From NCBI GenBank assembly GCA_964501265.1, contig CAZCSK010000001.1:86314-150313 (forward strand): a stretch of 64,000 bases of DNA, in the 5' to 3' direction. The notes below the pieces were generated by a model that worked only from the letters and a program-made list of their open reading frames with translations, did not search any database and was not told the DNA's origin. This DNA comes from an uncultured Actinomycetes bacterium. GTDB lineage: Bacteria > Actinomycetota > CADDZG01 > JAHWKV01. Numbering within the stretch: position 1 is the first letter of the stretch; every line of letters begins with the position of its first letter. Of the stretch, positions 35,830 through 45,632 are shown piece after piece. The position numbers and the translations under genes are program-made.

Positions 35830-37590
35830 GAGACAGCCTCGAAGGACGAGATATCCGCCGCCTCTGTGGCAGACACCGGATCTCGCGAACGCGATAGCGC
35901 GGCGCGCGTCACGCTTGTACTCGTTCTCTTCCTCGCCGTAGCCGTTTACGCAACGTGGCCGCTTTCCCGGTACATGGGTAGCAGGGTACCCCAAAATCTT
36001 TTTGACTCTCTTGAAAACGCGTGGATCTTCGGGTGGAACGCGCACGCCTTTACAACCAACCCCCTCAAGATATTCAACGCGAATATCTTCTATCCAGAAC
36101 CGCTGACCCTAGCCTACGCGGAGAACCTGCTGGGCGTTTCCGTCTTCGTCGCGCCGATCTTCTGGCTGACTAAAAACGCGCTTCTGACCGCCAACATCGC
36201 CTACCTGCTCATGTACGCGGTGGCCGGGCTTGGCGTATACCTCCTTGTGAGGGAACTAGGCGGATCGCGCGTGGGTTCTTTTCTTGCAGGTTTCGCCTTT
36301 TCGGTGGCACCTTACCGGCTCATTCAAATAGCCCATCCACACGTGGTTGCAATTCACCTTGTCCCTTTCATCCTCCTGCTGTTGATCCGGCTTCGGCGTT
36401 CGCGTTCGAGATGGGTTCTAGTGGGGATAGCTCTTCTCGTCGCACTCCAGATGTGGTCTTCCATTACTGGCGGTTTGATCATGCTTATTGCAATCACCGG
36501 CTTCGGGATTTGGGAAGTCATCCGACTCCGGACGAGATCGCTACCGGTGGTTGGACGAGCTGCTGCCTCTGTCATCGTGGGCTTGGTTCTGGCGATCCCT
36601 GTGGCTCTTCCCTACATCGAGGTCCGCAAGCTTCACCCGGAGTTCCAGCACTCACCTGGCGAGATATTTACCTTCTCCGCGCTCCCTTCTTCCTACCTGT
36701 CTCCGGCCGAGGGACGGGGTCCGCTTGTCCGGTCATCGAACGATTGGCTAGACAAGCGATTCCGAGCCCGCGATGGGTTCTGGGAAAAAACGCTTTTCCC
36801 CGGTTACTGGCTGGGGGGTGCATTCCTGCTAACTCTTGCGCTCCTTGGCGTCGCGCTGGTGAGAAGGCGAAAGGCACCCTGGATAGAGCCGGCGGCGCTA
36901 TTCCTGTTCATCGCAACGATTGGGTTCGTGGCTAGCCTCGGCCCTCGCTACGGAGGGCCGAGCGGGATTAGGCTCCCATTTAGCCTGGTGTCAGATCTCA
37001 TTCCCGGGGGTTTCGTGCGCGTGCCGGCCAGATTCGGAACCGTCACTCTCCTCGGAATGTCGATTGCCGCGGGAGTAGTTCTCGGGGGGATCAGATCGCG
37101 TCCCGCCCGCGCGCTCATAGCAGTCTCAGGACTCTTCCTACTTCTCGAGGCCGCGCCATCCCCCTTTCCAATGATCGAGCCCCCTCCTCTTAGTAGGGCG
37201 CTCCAGCAGGTCCCCCGCTCCGGCGCAGTATTGGCGCTTCCCACAACCCAGGTGAACGAGAAGGGTAACGTGGTCGAGGGGAGCATCTTCCAGGATACGC
37301 GCAACCTCTACCTCTCCACCGGCAATTTCGCCCCGATGGTCAACGGATACGGGGCATTCCATCCTCAAACTTACTGGGAGGTCATGTCCGCCGTGCAGGA
37401 CTTCCCGAGCGCCGTCGGCATGCAGAGGTTGCAGGTGGTCGGTGTCAAGACAGTGGTGATTCAGACGGAGAGGATCAAAGGAACTCCCTGGAGTGAAGTG
37501 GTAGAGCGGCTGGAAGCATGGAAGGGAGTGCGCAGAATCGCTTCGGGCGAGCAGATCGTCGTCTTCGACATTTCGATGGCGAGTGACTAA
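35827..37590 (+). CDS. Polytopic membrane protein (putative GT-C-like glycosyltransferase/polymerase); N-terminal 7 aa and 5' region paralogous to gene 29614
   Basis: METASKDE…; ~12 TM helices and extracytoplasmic loops. Conserved upstream cassette. Confidence 0.55.
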   Translation: METASKDEISAASVADTGSRERDSAARVTLVLVLFLAVAVYATWPLSRYMGSRVPQNLFDSLENAWIFGWNAHAFTTNPLKIFNANIFYPEPLTLAYAENLLGVSVFVAPIFWLTKNALLTANIAYLLMYAVAGLGVYLLVRELGGSRVGSFLAGFAFSVAPYRLIQIAHPHVVAIHLVPFILLLLIRLRRSRSRWVLVGIALLVALQMWSSITGGLIMLIAITGFGIWEVIRLRTRSLPVVGRAAASVIVGLVLAIPVALPYIEVRKLHPEFQHSPGEIFTFSALPSSYLSPAEGRGPLVRSSNDWLDKRFRARDGFWEKTLFPGYWLGGAFLLTLALLGVALVRRRKAPWIEPAALFLFIATIGFVASLGPRYGGPSGIRLPFSLVSDLIPGGFVRVPARFGTVTLLGMSIAAGVVLGGIRSRPARALIAVSGLFLLLEAAPSPFPMIEPPPLSRALQQVPRSGAVLALPTTQVNEKGNVVEGSIFQDTRNLYLSTGNFAPMVNGYGAFHPQTYWEVMSAVQDFPSAVGMQRLQVVGVKTVVIQTERIKGTPWSEVVERLEAWKGVRRIASGEQIVVFDISMASD

Positions 37591-37807
37591 CATTAGATGC
37601 GGGAAGAATGGAGTGATGCGGCTGAGCGGAGAGGTGTGGAAGGTCCGACGGTTCGCTTCCGGCGACCAGATCCTATGTCGGTTCAGAATCGGTGATGCAG
37701 GGCCGCTCGAATGTGAAGATATTTGCGGACGGTACACTACCGATAACATGGTTTGCAGCTCGGCCGTTGAGGACTACCGCTAATGCAAGGGTGCAGTTAG
37801 GATCATC

Positions 37808-38815
37808 ATGCGGCTCGTTTCTCGCCGCCTGATTGTGTCAATCGCAATTCTTGCCACGAGTACTGCATTGCTGTCGGTCGGCGCTCTAGTGGTGCGGCGG
37901 GGAGTCGTCAGAGAAGTAGCGCCCCCGGGAGAGCCCGCAACCGATATGCCTCCCGCAGTCGCCCAATCCCCCACACCCGAGTTTTCTCCTACCCCGGAGA
38001 GGCCCTCACACCTACTCTCCCCCCCGCAGGAAATCCCCACGTCCGCCACGTCCCCTCAGGACTACATTTGGAGCTTTCCGAAGTTGACCCTGAGCATAAA
38101 TGTAGATCCTGTAGAAGGGCCCACCTATGTCGGCCCCCAAGCACGAGGTGGATCGGGGTGTGCAAGGCTGATGGCCCAGACAAAGGGATCTGACATCACC
38201 GTTGAAGGTATGCGCTACCCACGCGATGCCATTTGCACGGCGGATACTCCGTTGCGCTGGGAGCCGATTGCAGTCAATGGCGCTGCGATGCAAATCACCA
38301 TTCGCTACCAGGGAGAAACTGGCGTATACGAGTTGAACCGGATTGAAGGTCGAGTGCGCTTGCTGCTTGCGCAGGGAATGGATGTCAGTCCGCCTGTGTG
38401 CCCGGCCTGGTGGGAGGTTCCCTCGGATATCTTAGCCGTCTCCGTCTGGAACAACGACGACCGCGCGGCCGCGACTGTAGAACGCGTCTCTGATCGCATC
38501 AGCTACCGGCTTCATGAGGAAGGCGGGTCCAAGCATGATCCACCACCCGGAAGAGCGATCGTCAAACGAGCAGGTGCCGACGACAACGGCGGTTGCGACG
38601 GCGAAGCTTCTGTCCTACCTGCGGCGTGGCGGGACCGGGAGGGGTTGTCCCGCAGCTTTCGCGTCTACCGCACTTCATCCGACGACAGCACACTCCAGCG
38701 AATCGCCGCGGAGGAGTCCAGTCGGGAGAAGGATTACTGCATAAACGTGAACATGAGCAGGCGATCCGAGTACATGGCGTCTCCAAAAATCCGGACCGAA
38801 GGCTGCCAGTATTGA
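37808..38815 (+). CDS. Hypothetical membrane-anchored/secreted protein (N-terminal TM, Pro-rich linker, Cys-containing domain)
   Basis: 335 aa; hydrophobic segment LIVSIAILATSTALLSVGALVV, then a P/S/T-rich linker. No family recognised. Confidence 0.45.
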   Translation: MRLVSRRLIVSIAILATSTALLSVGALVVRRGVVREVAPPGEPATDMPPAVAQSPTPEFSPTPERPSHLLSPPQEIPTSATSPQDYIWSFPKLTLSINVDPVEGPTYVGPQARGGSGCARLMAQTKGSDITVEGMRYPRDAICTADTPLRWEPIAVNGAAMQITIRYQGETGVYELNRIEGRVRLLLAQGMDVSPPVCPAWWEVPSDILAVSVWNNDDRAAATVERVSDRISYRLHEEGGSKHDPPPGRAIVKRAGADDNGGCDGEASVLPAAWRDREGLSRSFRVYRTSSDDSTLQRIAAEESSREKDYCINVNMSRRSEYMASPKIRTEGCQY

Positions 38816-38930
38816 TACGAGCGTTCCAGCATTGTACCCCCCGGGGCCCCAGTGACTAACCTCAAATGGGGGTCTAGCGCACTCGCCGCGATGACGATAA
38901 CTATCCCGTAACCAATCGCATCGGACCGAT

Positions 38931-40757
38931 ATGTTCAATAAGGCGAAATCTGTATTACTCGTCCTCGCGTCGATAGCCCTTGCGGCATCGATGCAATCGC
39001 CCTCGTACGCCGCCAACGGCACGCTCGTCGGCAGGGTCACCAACGTAGACACCGGCGGCGCCGTTTCGGGTGCGAGCATTTGGGCCGGCGTCGGACTTCC
39101 GACCGGTACAAGCAACTCAAGCGGCAACTACTCAATCAGTCTCCCAGCCAACAGCGGGTACAACGTGTTAGCCGACAAATCAGGTTACGCAGGAGCCCAC
39201 CAGTACGGGGTATCGATAATCGCAGGCTCGACTACCATCCTCGACTTCAGAATCACGACTCGGCAAGGCATCATCACCGGAAGGGTGATCGACGGCTCGG
39301 GATCACCAGTGCCAAGTCACGTTATTGCCGATTCCACAGAAGGCAACGGCTTCGGTAACGCGAACACGGACTCCAATGGTTACTTCACGATCAACCGTCT
39401 TGCCCCCATGACCTATTACATCCACGCCTTTCCAAACAACACCGCGTACGCACAGGTTGCTCAGGCAGGTGTGATCGTTTCAAACGGACAGACGACGAAC
39501 ACCACGGTGATCATCAACGGTGGAAGTACCGGGAAGATCGCCGGTCGCGTGACCTTCCCTGACGGAAGTGGACCTTCCAACGCAAGCATCTACATCGACA
39601 GCGGCCAGACATCGTCGGCTTGGGCGGGCAACACCGACGCATCGGGGAACTACACGAGCAGCTTCCTGCCGGCGGCCAAGTACAACGTCCATGTGTCGGA
39701 TGTCCCAGGATGGGCCAACCAGGTGAGATACGACGTACCTGTCAATGGCGGTCAGACCGCAGTGCTCAACATTCCTCTGGCCAACAACACCGGAAGCATT
39801 AGGGGCTGGATCACCGACATCAACGGCACCCCCATAGTGGGAGCGCAGGTCGATGCCTTCTCGTCGTCTAACACAGGCCCCTGGGGTTGGCAGACGGTGT
39901 TCTCCGCAGCGGACGGGTGGTACGACCTCAACCGTCTTCTTCCGAGCGACCGCTACCAGATCTGGGTGCACACCGCAGGGCGGCCGTCGCTGCACGCCGA
40001 TTTCATCACCCTGGCGGCCGGTCAGATCCGCCAGCCTTATAACTTCACGTTCACGTTCCCTGGAAAGGCAATCGCCGCCAACCCCAGCGGCGGCTATTAC
40101 CTGCTGAGCGGAACGGGCGAAGTGTACGCATATGGTGGCGCGAACTATTATGGATCACCCACATTCTCGTGGAATATCGCCCGCTCGATCGCGGTCATGC
40201 CTGATGGTCTCGGATACATCGTGCTCGACGGATACGGTGGTGTGCACAGGTTCGGCAGCGCCGCGTCCGGACCGATCTCGTCGCTTGTGAGTCCCTATTT
40301 CGGATGGGACATCGCGCGAGGTTTGGCGATCACCCCGTCAGGCGCTGGATTCGCGGTGCTCGACGGATACGGCGGCTATCACGCCCGAGGCAACGCTCCC
40401 ACCCCCCCGGTCAAACCCCCTTACTGGGGCGGTTGGGACATCGCAAGAGCCATCGCATTCAGCCCGAGTGGCGGGGGCTACTACATCCTCGATGGATATG
40501 GAGGAGTCCACGCCCGAGGGGACGCCGTCAGCCGCCAAGCGCCCTACTTCGGATGGGATATCGCGCGAGGTTTGGCGATCACGCCAACCAATGGGGGTTT
40601 TGCGATCCTCGACGGCTTCGGAGGGGTTCACATCGCTGGTGACGCAACCGTCGCAGGGCCCGGCGGTTATCTTGGGGCGGATCGGTGGCGTGGCCTGATC
40701 ATCCAAGGTGGCAAGTACCGTTTAGTTAGAAACGACGGATACGCAGCCCAGTTCTAA
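38931..40757 (+). CDS. Secreted protein with ~4 carboxypeptidase-regulatory-like (CarbopepD_reg / Big-like) domains and C-terminal 'LDGxGGxHP…DIAR' repeats (~5x)
   Basis: Signal peptide MFNKAKSVLLVLASIALAAS…; repeated G(R/W)(V/I)TdxxGxPVxGAxVxA…TDxxGxYxI units. C-terminal repeats, e.g. GYIVLDGYGGVHRFGSAASGPISSLVSPYFGWDIARGLAITP. Confidence 0.7.
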   Translation: MFNKAKSVLLVLASIALAASMQSPSYAANGTLVGRVTNVDTGGAVSGASIWAGVGLPTGTSNSSGNYSISLPANSGYNVLADKSGYAGAHQYGVSIIAGSTTILDFRITTRQGIITGRVIDGSGSPVPSHVIADSTEGNGFGNANTDSNGYFTINRLAPMTYYIHAFPNNTAYAQVAQAGVIVSNGQTTNTTVIINGGSTGKIAGRVTFPDGSGPSNASIYIDSGQTSSAWAGNTDASGNYTSSFLPAAKYNVHVSDVPGWANQVRYDVPVNGGQTAVLNIPLANNTGSIRGWITDINGTPIVGAQVDAFSSSNTGPWGWQTVFSAADGWYDLNRLLPSDRYQIWVHTAGRPSLHADFITLAAGQIRQPYNFTFTFPGKAIAANPSGGYYLLSGTGEVYAYGGANYYGSPTFSWNIARSIAVMPDGLGYIVLDGYGGVHRFGSAASGPISSLVSPYFGWDIARGLAITPSGAGFAVLDGYGGYHARGNAPTPPVKPPYWGGWDIARAIAFSPSGGGYYILDGYGGVHARGDAVSRQAPYFGWDIARGLAITPTNGGFAILDGFGGVHIAGDATVAGPGGYLGADRWRGLIIQGGKYRLVRNDGYAAQF

Positions 40758-40769
40758 GGCACACAAGCT

Positions 40770-42170
40770 CTATGCAACTGGGCAGGGGCCCGGAACAAAA
40801 TTCTGGTTAGGGGGGGGAGACTTCGGCGGGGTTGGCCCCGCCGGGTTGGCGGGAATTGATACTGGTTTGGCCCCGTCTGCCCCCACCACCAGAGCGATTG
40901 GCGTTTCGACAATCACGGCGGGGGGCATCGCTTTCACTGGCGCGCCATAGCGGGCAGCCACCAGTCGAGCCTTTTCATCATGGCCCGGCCCGAAATAAAC
41001 AGTTGTCGCGGCGTGAGGGCTCGCATCACCCGTTGCAACGACCTGATAACCCGCCGCCTTCAGAGCGTCCGCCACCTTGCGCGCCTCGCCATCGACGCGC
41101 GTTCCGTTCAGAACACTGATCTCAACATCTTCAGGTTCCAGCGTACTCACGCCGGTTCTGCCGTAATCGGGCAAAGCCTTTCGCTCTTTGATCGCGGCAA
41201 ATAGCGCGTCGGACTGTCTTTTGTTCGCGACAACGAAAGAGACTCCACCTATTCGCGCACCGCTGGATGGAACCGCTCGAAGATCGAGTTTGCTTGAGTC
41301 GAAGCCTCGAAGTCGGAGCGCCAGTGTCTTCATGTCGGATATCGCAAGATCAGCGTCCGTCTTTACGTTCTTCGAGAAAAGGTTAACGAGTTTCACGACC
41401 TTGATCGGGTTTAGCACTGTTCCCTTCCTCGTCAATTTTTCCATCATGAGTTTCACGAACAACTGCTGGCGGGCTATGCGGCCAAAGTCGCTGTCGATCT
41501 TGCGCACCCTCACAAACGCAAGCGCCTGATCGCCTTTGAGGCGCACGCAACCCTTGGGAACGTTGAGTCCGGAGTCTTTTTCGTTGATGGGTCTTTCAAA
41601 GAAAACATCGATGCCTCCCAGGGCATCGACGATGCTTCGAAATCCGGTGAAATCGACTTCGACGTAGTGATTCATTTCGAGCCCCGTGAAGCTTTCCACT
41701 GTTTTGACGACGGATCCTGCCCCGCCCTGGTATGCCCCGTTAATTTTTCCGGTCTTGCCGCCGGGCAGCGCTACTCTTAAGTCCCTTGGGAAGTGCACGA
41801 GCACTACCTCATCTCGCTTTTCGTCGACATGGACAAGGATGATCGTGTCGGCCCTGCGGCCGGTCTTGCGATCGGTCCCCTCCGGATCAAACTTCTTGAG
41901 TTCTTCTGGTGAAAGCCCTTCTCTGGAGTCGGAACCAACGATTAACACATTGAGCGGAGCCTTCGGCGCCTGACTGCTGAGTTCGGCTATGTCCTGCCTC
42001 TCGCCGCCAAGACGGATTACAACGTAGGCGAGGACGGCCCCGGCTATCAGACTCAGGATCAACACGAACATGAATGTATAGAAGGCAAGCCTGGCGCCTC
42101 GGGACCACCGATGTCGGCCGCGCCGGCCTCTCTCCTTGATTATTTGGTCCCAACCCGGGCTCATGGACAT
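40770..42170 (-). CDS. LytR-CpsA-Psr (LCP) family glycopolymer-to-cell-wall phosphotransferase
   Basis: N-terminal TM anchor, LCP core …LNVLIVGSDSREG…RADTIILVHVD…VLVHFPRDL…MNHYVEVDFTGF…, a C-terminal LytR_C-like domain and a Pro-rich tail. Confidence 0.8.
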   Translation of the reverse strand: MSMSPGWDQIIKERGRRGRHRWSRGARLAFYTFMFVLILSLIAGAVLAYVVIRLGGERQDIAELSSQAPKAPLNVLIVGSDSREGLSPEELKKFDPEGTDRKTGRRADTIILVHVDEKRDEVVLVHFPRDLRVALPGGKTGKINGAYQGGAGSVVKTVESFTGLEMNHYVEVDFTGFRSIVDALGGIDVFFERPINEKDSGLNVPKGCVRLKGDQALAFVRVRKIDSDFGRIARQQLFVKLMMEKLTRKGTVLNPIKVVKLVNLFSKNVKTDADLAISDMKTLALRLRGFDSSKLDLRAVPSSGARIGGVSFVVANKRQSDALFAAIKERKALPDYGRTGVSTLEPEDVEISVLNGTRVDGEARKVADALKAAGYQVVATGDASPHAATTVYFGPGHDEKARLVAARYGAPVKAMPPAVIVETPIALVVGADGAKPVSIPANPAGPTPPKSPPPNQNFVPGPCPVA

Positions 42171-42186
42171 AAGAGAAGTATCACCT

Positions 42187-43296
42187 TCAATCTCCCGCGA
42201 CGTCGCTGTAGACCTGACGAGTTAGGCGAGCCGTTTCCGCCCATGTATATAAGGAAGCCTGGGTGACTCCCAATTTGATTGCCCGGTCTCGAGCGTCATC
42301 GTCAGTAAGGACTCGCCGAATCGCATCGGCGATTGAGTCGGTATCGAGCGGATCGCACCAAATGGGGGCCTCTCCAAGCACTTCGACCAATGAACCAACG
42401 CTTGACGCGACCACTGGGATCCCGGCCGCCATAGCCTCCAGCGGTGGAAGCCCAAAACCCTCATATAAAGGGGCAAACACGAAGGCCCGGCAGCCTGCCA
42501 TAAGAGCGCCTAACTCAGCGTCTGGAAGATACCCCGAGAAAACAACTCGCGGATGAACCTTCAGCCTCCGAGTAAGAGCGCGCAAGTCGATGCTCCCCCA
42601 TCCTGGGGGACCCGCAATGACGAGGCTCACTTCCTCTTTAACCAGGCTGAGCGCCGTGACTAGCCTGTCAAGATTTTTCCTCGGTTCCTGCGTTCCCGCG
42701 AATAAGACATACGGACCATTTATGCCCAACCGATCGAGAACGGATTTGTCTGGTTGTGTGTTATTAAAGGCCCCCCTTACGCCTTCGGGCGTTACGACAA
42801 CGCGGTCAGATGGGACTCCTAGTTCGGCGACGACCTGGTCGCCGACTGTCCTGGACGGAGCAATGACCATTGCGCACCTTCTCAAAAAGCGCGGGACGAG
42901 CCACCTATAGCGCTGTACGTGTGGCGTGCACATCTCCGGATACAACCAGAAGGTCATGTCGTGAATCGTGATAACGCTGCGACTGCCTTTCACGGGGGGC
43001 ACCCAGAAATTGGTGCCATGAAATACGTCGATGGGTCCGATAAGCCTCTCCGCGTTCGGGGCACCCAACACTTCCCAAGCGGTGACGGCATAGCGCGCGG
43101 GGACCCTAAAGTGCCGCAGGGCAATCCTTGGATCGATAGGAACTTTCGACCTGTCCTCACCCATAGTAAGAGCGAGCAAGCGAAACTCCACCTGGGAGTC
43201 GATGGCCATCAACCCTTCCAACAGGTTCAGAGTGTAGTGACCCACCCCTGTCAGGGGGTTCAGCAACGGAGATACGTCGTAACCCACTCTCATCAC
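42187..43296 (-). CDS. GT4 (GT-B) glycosyltransferase
   Basis: MMRVGYDVSPLLNPLTGVGHYTLNLL… and a C-terminal E-x7-E-like region (…FAPLYEGFGLPPLEAMAAGIPVV…). Confidence 0.75.
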   Translation of the reverse strand: MMRVGYDVSPLLNPLTGVGHYTLNLLEGLMAIDSQVEFRLLALTMGEDRSKVPIDPRIALRHFRVPARYAVTAWEVLGAPNAERLIGPIDVFHGTNFWVPPVKGSRSVITIHDMTFWLYPEMCTPHVQRYRWLVPRFLRRCAMVIAPSRTVGDQVVAELGVPSDRVVVTPEGVRGAFNNTQPDKSVLDRLGINGPYVLFAGTQEPRKNLDRLVTALSLVKEEVSLVIAGPPGWGSIDLRALTRRLKVHPRVVFSGYLPDAELGALMAGCRAFVFAPLYEGFGLPPLEAMAAGIPVVASSVGSLVEVLGEAPIWCDPLDTDSIADAIRRVLTDDDARDRAIKLGVTQASLYTWAETARLTRQVYSDVAGD

Positions 43297-43315
43297 CGAT
43301 ATCCTGCCTTAGATA

Positions 43316-44428
43316 ATGCGTATCGGCGTCAATTTGATGTTTCTTGTTCCCGGTGAAGTCGGCGGAAGCGAACCGCTTCTGACGCGGCTTGTTGAATCTA
43401 TCTCCGACCTGGATCACGAATTAGTCGTCTTTGCCACCTCCGGTTTCGCGTCTGCTTACCCCCAAATCGCCGAGAGGACGCGAATCGTGCAGGTCCCCTG
43501 GAGTTCTGGCGCGCAGGGTTTGCGCATAGCCGCCGAAAACTCCTGGCTTGCGTGGAAGGCTCGGAGCCTAAAGCTCGATGTGATTCACCACGGCGTGGGC
43601 ACGACCCCGTTTTTCAAGACCATTCCCACCGTTGTGACCATTCACGACATCCAATACCTGCATCATCCGGAGAATTTTGTGAAGCTCAAACGCAAATGGC
43701 TTGAAATTAATGTTCCCCATTCGGCCCGGCGGTGTGAAGTAATTTGCGTTCCCAGCAACTGGGTAAAGCTGGACATCGTCCGCGCATTCGGAATCTCTGT
43801 TGACAAGGTGGCGGTCGTTCCCTTTGGAAGCGAGGGCCTCTTTGGAGTCGACGGTGGAGCGGGGGTTTCGAGCGTTACTGCGAAGTATCGCCTCGAACGA
43901 CCCTTCTTCTTGTTCCCCGGCAGGGCGTACCCCCACAAGAGTCATCGATTTCTTCTAGAGGCTTACAAACCTCTTGCCCCGTTCGCAGACCTCGTCTTCA
44001 CGGGTCCGCCGTGGTTTCGCGATAGGGAGATCGCCACGGCTGCCAGGGGGCTCGGGCTTTCCGGCAAAGTTCGGCATCTGGGCATCGTCTCCAGGGAGGA
44101 CCTCGGAGGGCTCTATCGCGCCGCCACTGCGCTTGTTTATCCAACGCGCTTTGAAGGCTTCGGACTACCTCTACTCGAAGCGATGTCCGTAGGCTGCTGC
44201 GTGATTGCATCCAACGTGACTTCGATTCCCGAAGTTGTTGCCGAAAGCGGCATTCTTCTTGAGCCAGACGATCTTGAAGGTTGGACCGAGACCATGGACA
44301 AGGTGCTGGGCGATGAGGCCCTACGGGCCGAACTTTCCTTGAGGGGTCTAAGGCGGGCGGCAGATTTCACCTGGGAGAACGCGGCGCGTCTTCAGGTGGC
44401 GGCCTACCAGCAGGCCAAGCGACCATGA
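43316..44428 (+). CDS. GT4 (GT-B) glycosyltransferase
   Basis: …FEGFGLPLLEAMSVGCCVIASNV… GT4 C-terminal motif. Divergent from the previous GT4. Confidence 0.75.
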   Translation: MRIGVNLMFLVPGEVGGSEPLLTRLVESISDLDHELVVFATSGFASAYPQIAERTRIVQVPWSSGAQGLRIAAENSWLAWKARSLKLDVIHHGVGTTPFFKTIPTVVTIHDIQYLHHPENFVKLKRKWLEINVPHSARRCEVICVPSNWVKLDIVRAFGISVDKVAVVPFGSEGLFGVDGGAGVSSVTAKYRLERPFFLFPGRAYPHKSHRFLLEAYKPLAPFADLVFTGPPWFRDREIATAARGLGLSGKVRHLGIVSREDLGGLYRAATALVYPTRFEGFGLPLLEAMSVGCCVIASNVTSIPEVVAESGILLEPDDLEGWTETMDKVLGDEALRAELSLRGLRRAADFTWENAARLQVAAYQQAKRP

Positions 44429-45207
44429 CGGCGCCCGTCGCCGTAGTCTTTGTCGCCACCAACGAAAACAACTTTCTGTTCGAAGCGCTTGAGTCACTCT
44501 TTGCTTCCACGACCTTGCATCCCGAAGTGGTGGTCGTTGACAACTGTTCAGACGAATCTCCCGCGCCAAAAATCGGCTCCCAGTGGCCGAGCGTAAAAGT
44601 ACTCTCGCGGGAGACCCGCTCCGGGCTCCCCTCAAACTTGAATTTTGGTTTCCGCGCGACGACGGCACCCTATGTGATGTTGTGCAATTGCGACCTCATC
44701 TTCAAGGCTCAATCGATCGAGATTCTCGCCCGTTTCCTGGGAGATAACCCGGGGGCCGGAGTGGCAGCCCCCAAATTGCTAGATCCGCAGGGGAAAAGGC
44801 GTGCCTCGGCCAGGCGCTGGTACACGTTTAGTTCGTTGATCGCCCTGCAGGGACCCTGGAGAAAGTTGTTCAAGAACAGCGTGCTCGTTCGACGGAGCCT
44901 GTACGAAGATTGGGACTACACTTCCGCCCGCCTGGTCGATTGGACGCCATTCTCAGCCACGATGGTGAGGAGGACCGCCTTCGAACAGGTCGGCCTAATG
45001 GACGAACGCTTTTGGGTCTACTTCGACGACGTCGACATCTGCCTTCGCATGCACAATGCAAGCTGGGAAGTGTGGTGCGTGCCGGACGCGGAAATAATTC
45101 ACCTGGAGCAACGATCGAGCAGCCGGCCCTTTTCACGCGCCTGGCGATGGCACCTTGCGTCGATGATCAAGTTCTGGCTGAAACATCGGAGCCTCACGCC
45201 TCGTTAG
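44425..45207 (+). CDS. GT2 family glycosyltransferase
   Basis: …VVVVDNCSDES… and …DDVDICLR… (DxD) motifs. ATGA overlap with the upstream GT4. Confidence 0.75.
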   Translation: MTAPVAVVFVATNENNFLFEALESLFASTTLHPEVVVVDNCSDESPAPKIGSQWPSVKVLSRETRSGLPSNLNFGFRATTAPYVMLCNCDLIFKAQSIEILARFLGDNPGAGVAAPKLLDPQGKRRASARRWYTFSSLIALQGPWRKLFKNSVLVRRSLYEDWDYTSARLVDWTPFSATMVRRTAFEQVGLMDERFWVYFDDVDICLRMHNASWEVWCVPDAEIIHLEQRSSSRPFSRAWRWHLASMIKFWLKHRSLTPR

Positions 45208-45632
45208 AAGCAGAAGGCCCCGATCGCGCAGGGGGCAAAGTCTACGACCTCCAAGAAGGCCAGCATCGCCGCAACGATTACCGTAGCTAACGTCAAAAGC
45301 CATAGCCGTCTGACGGGGGGCGACTCTCTCGCATCCGCCACGGCTGGCCTGTGATCTACTTCGGCCAAAGCGAGGGTTGCGGCATCGAAGTCGGGTTCAC
45401 GGACCAGCACTTTGACTGACGCTAACGCGTCGCCGAATGGCTTTAGAAAAGCGCCGGGGGCCAGATTGGTCTCGTCGAGCACGACCTCTATCCCAACGCT
45501 CGCAAGGAGCCCCTCAATCAAATGGGCAGTGAAATGATCTTTGGCGACCGTCAGTTCTTTCCATTTATCTCCCCCGCCACCACGGTGAGGTCTCGGCGCG
45601 AGTGGCGGACGATCGATGATCGATGTTTTCAT
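45204..45632 (-). CDS. Hypothetical small protein, DUF2007-like (PII-like putative signalling fold) with C-terminal TM helix
   Basis: MKTSIIDRPP… start overlaps the upstream stop (ATGA). …LTVAKDHFTAHLIEGLLASVGIEVVL… resembles DUF2007. Assignment is tentative. Confidence 0.35.
   Translation of the reverse strand: MKTSIIDRPPLAPRPHRGGGGDKWKELTVAKDHFTAHLIEGLLASVGIEVVLDETNLAPGAFLKPFGDALASVKVLVREPDFDAATLALAEVDHRPAVADARESPPVRRLWLLTLATVIVAAMLAFLEVVDFAPCAIGAFCF

Noticed and set aside
35716-36045. 109-aa minus-strand ORF called as a gene
   Set aside because: Only its last ~20 codons resemble anything (the GT2 5' end). The rest overlaps the start of the 35827 membrane gene and has no homology. Treated as a remnant inside a duplicated cassette, not a functional CDS.
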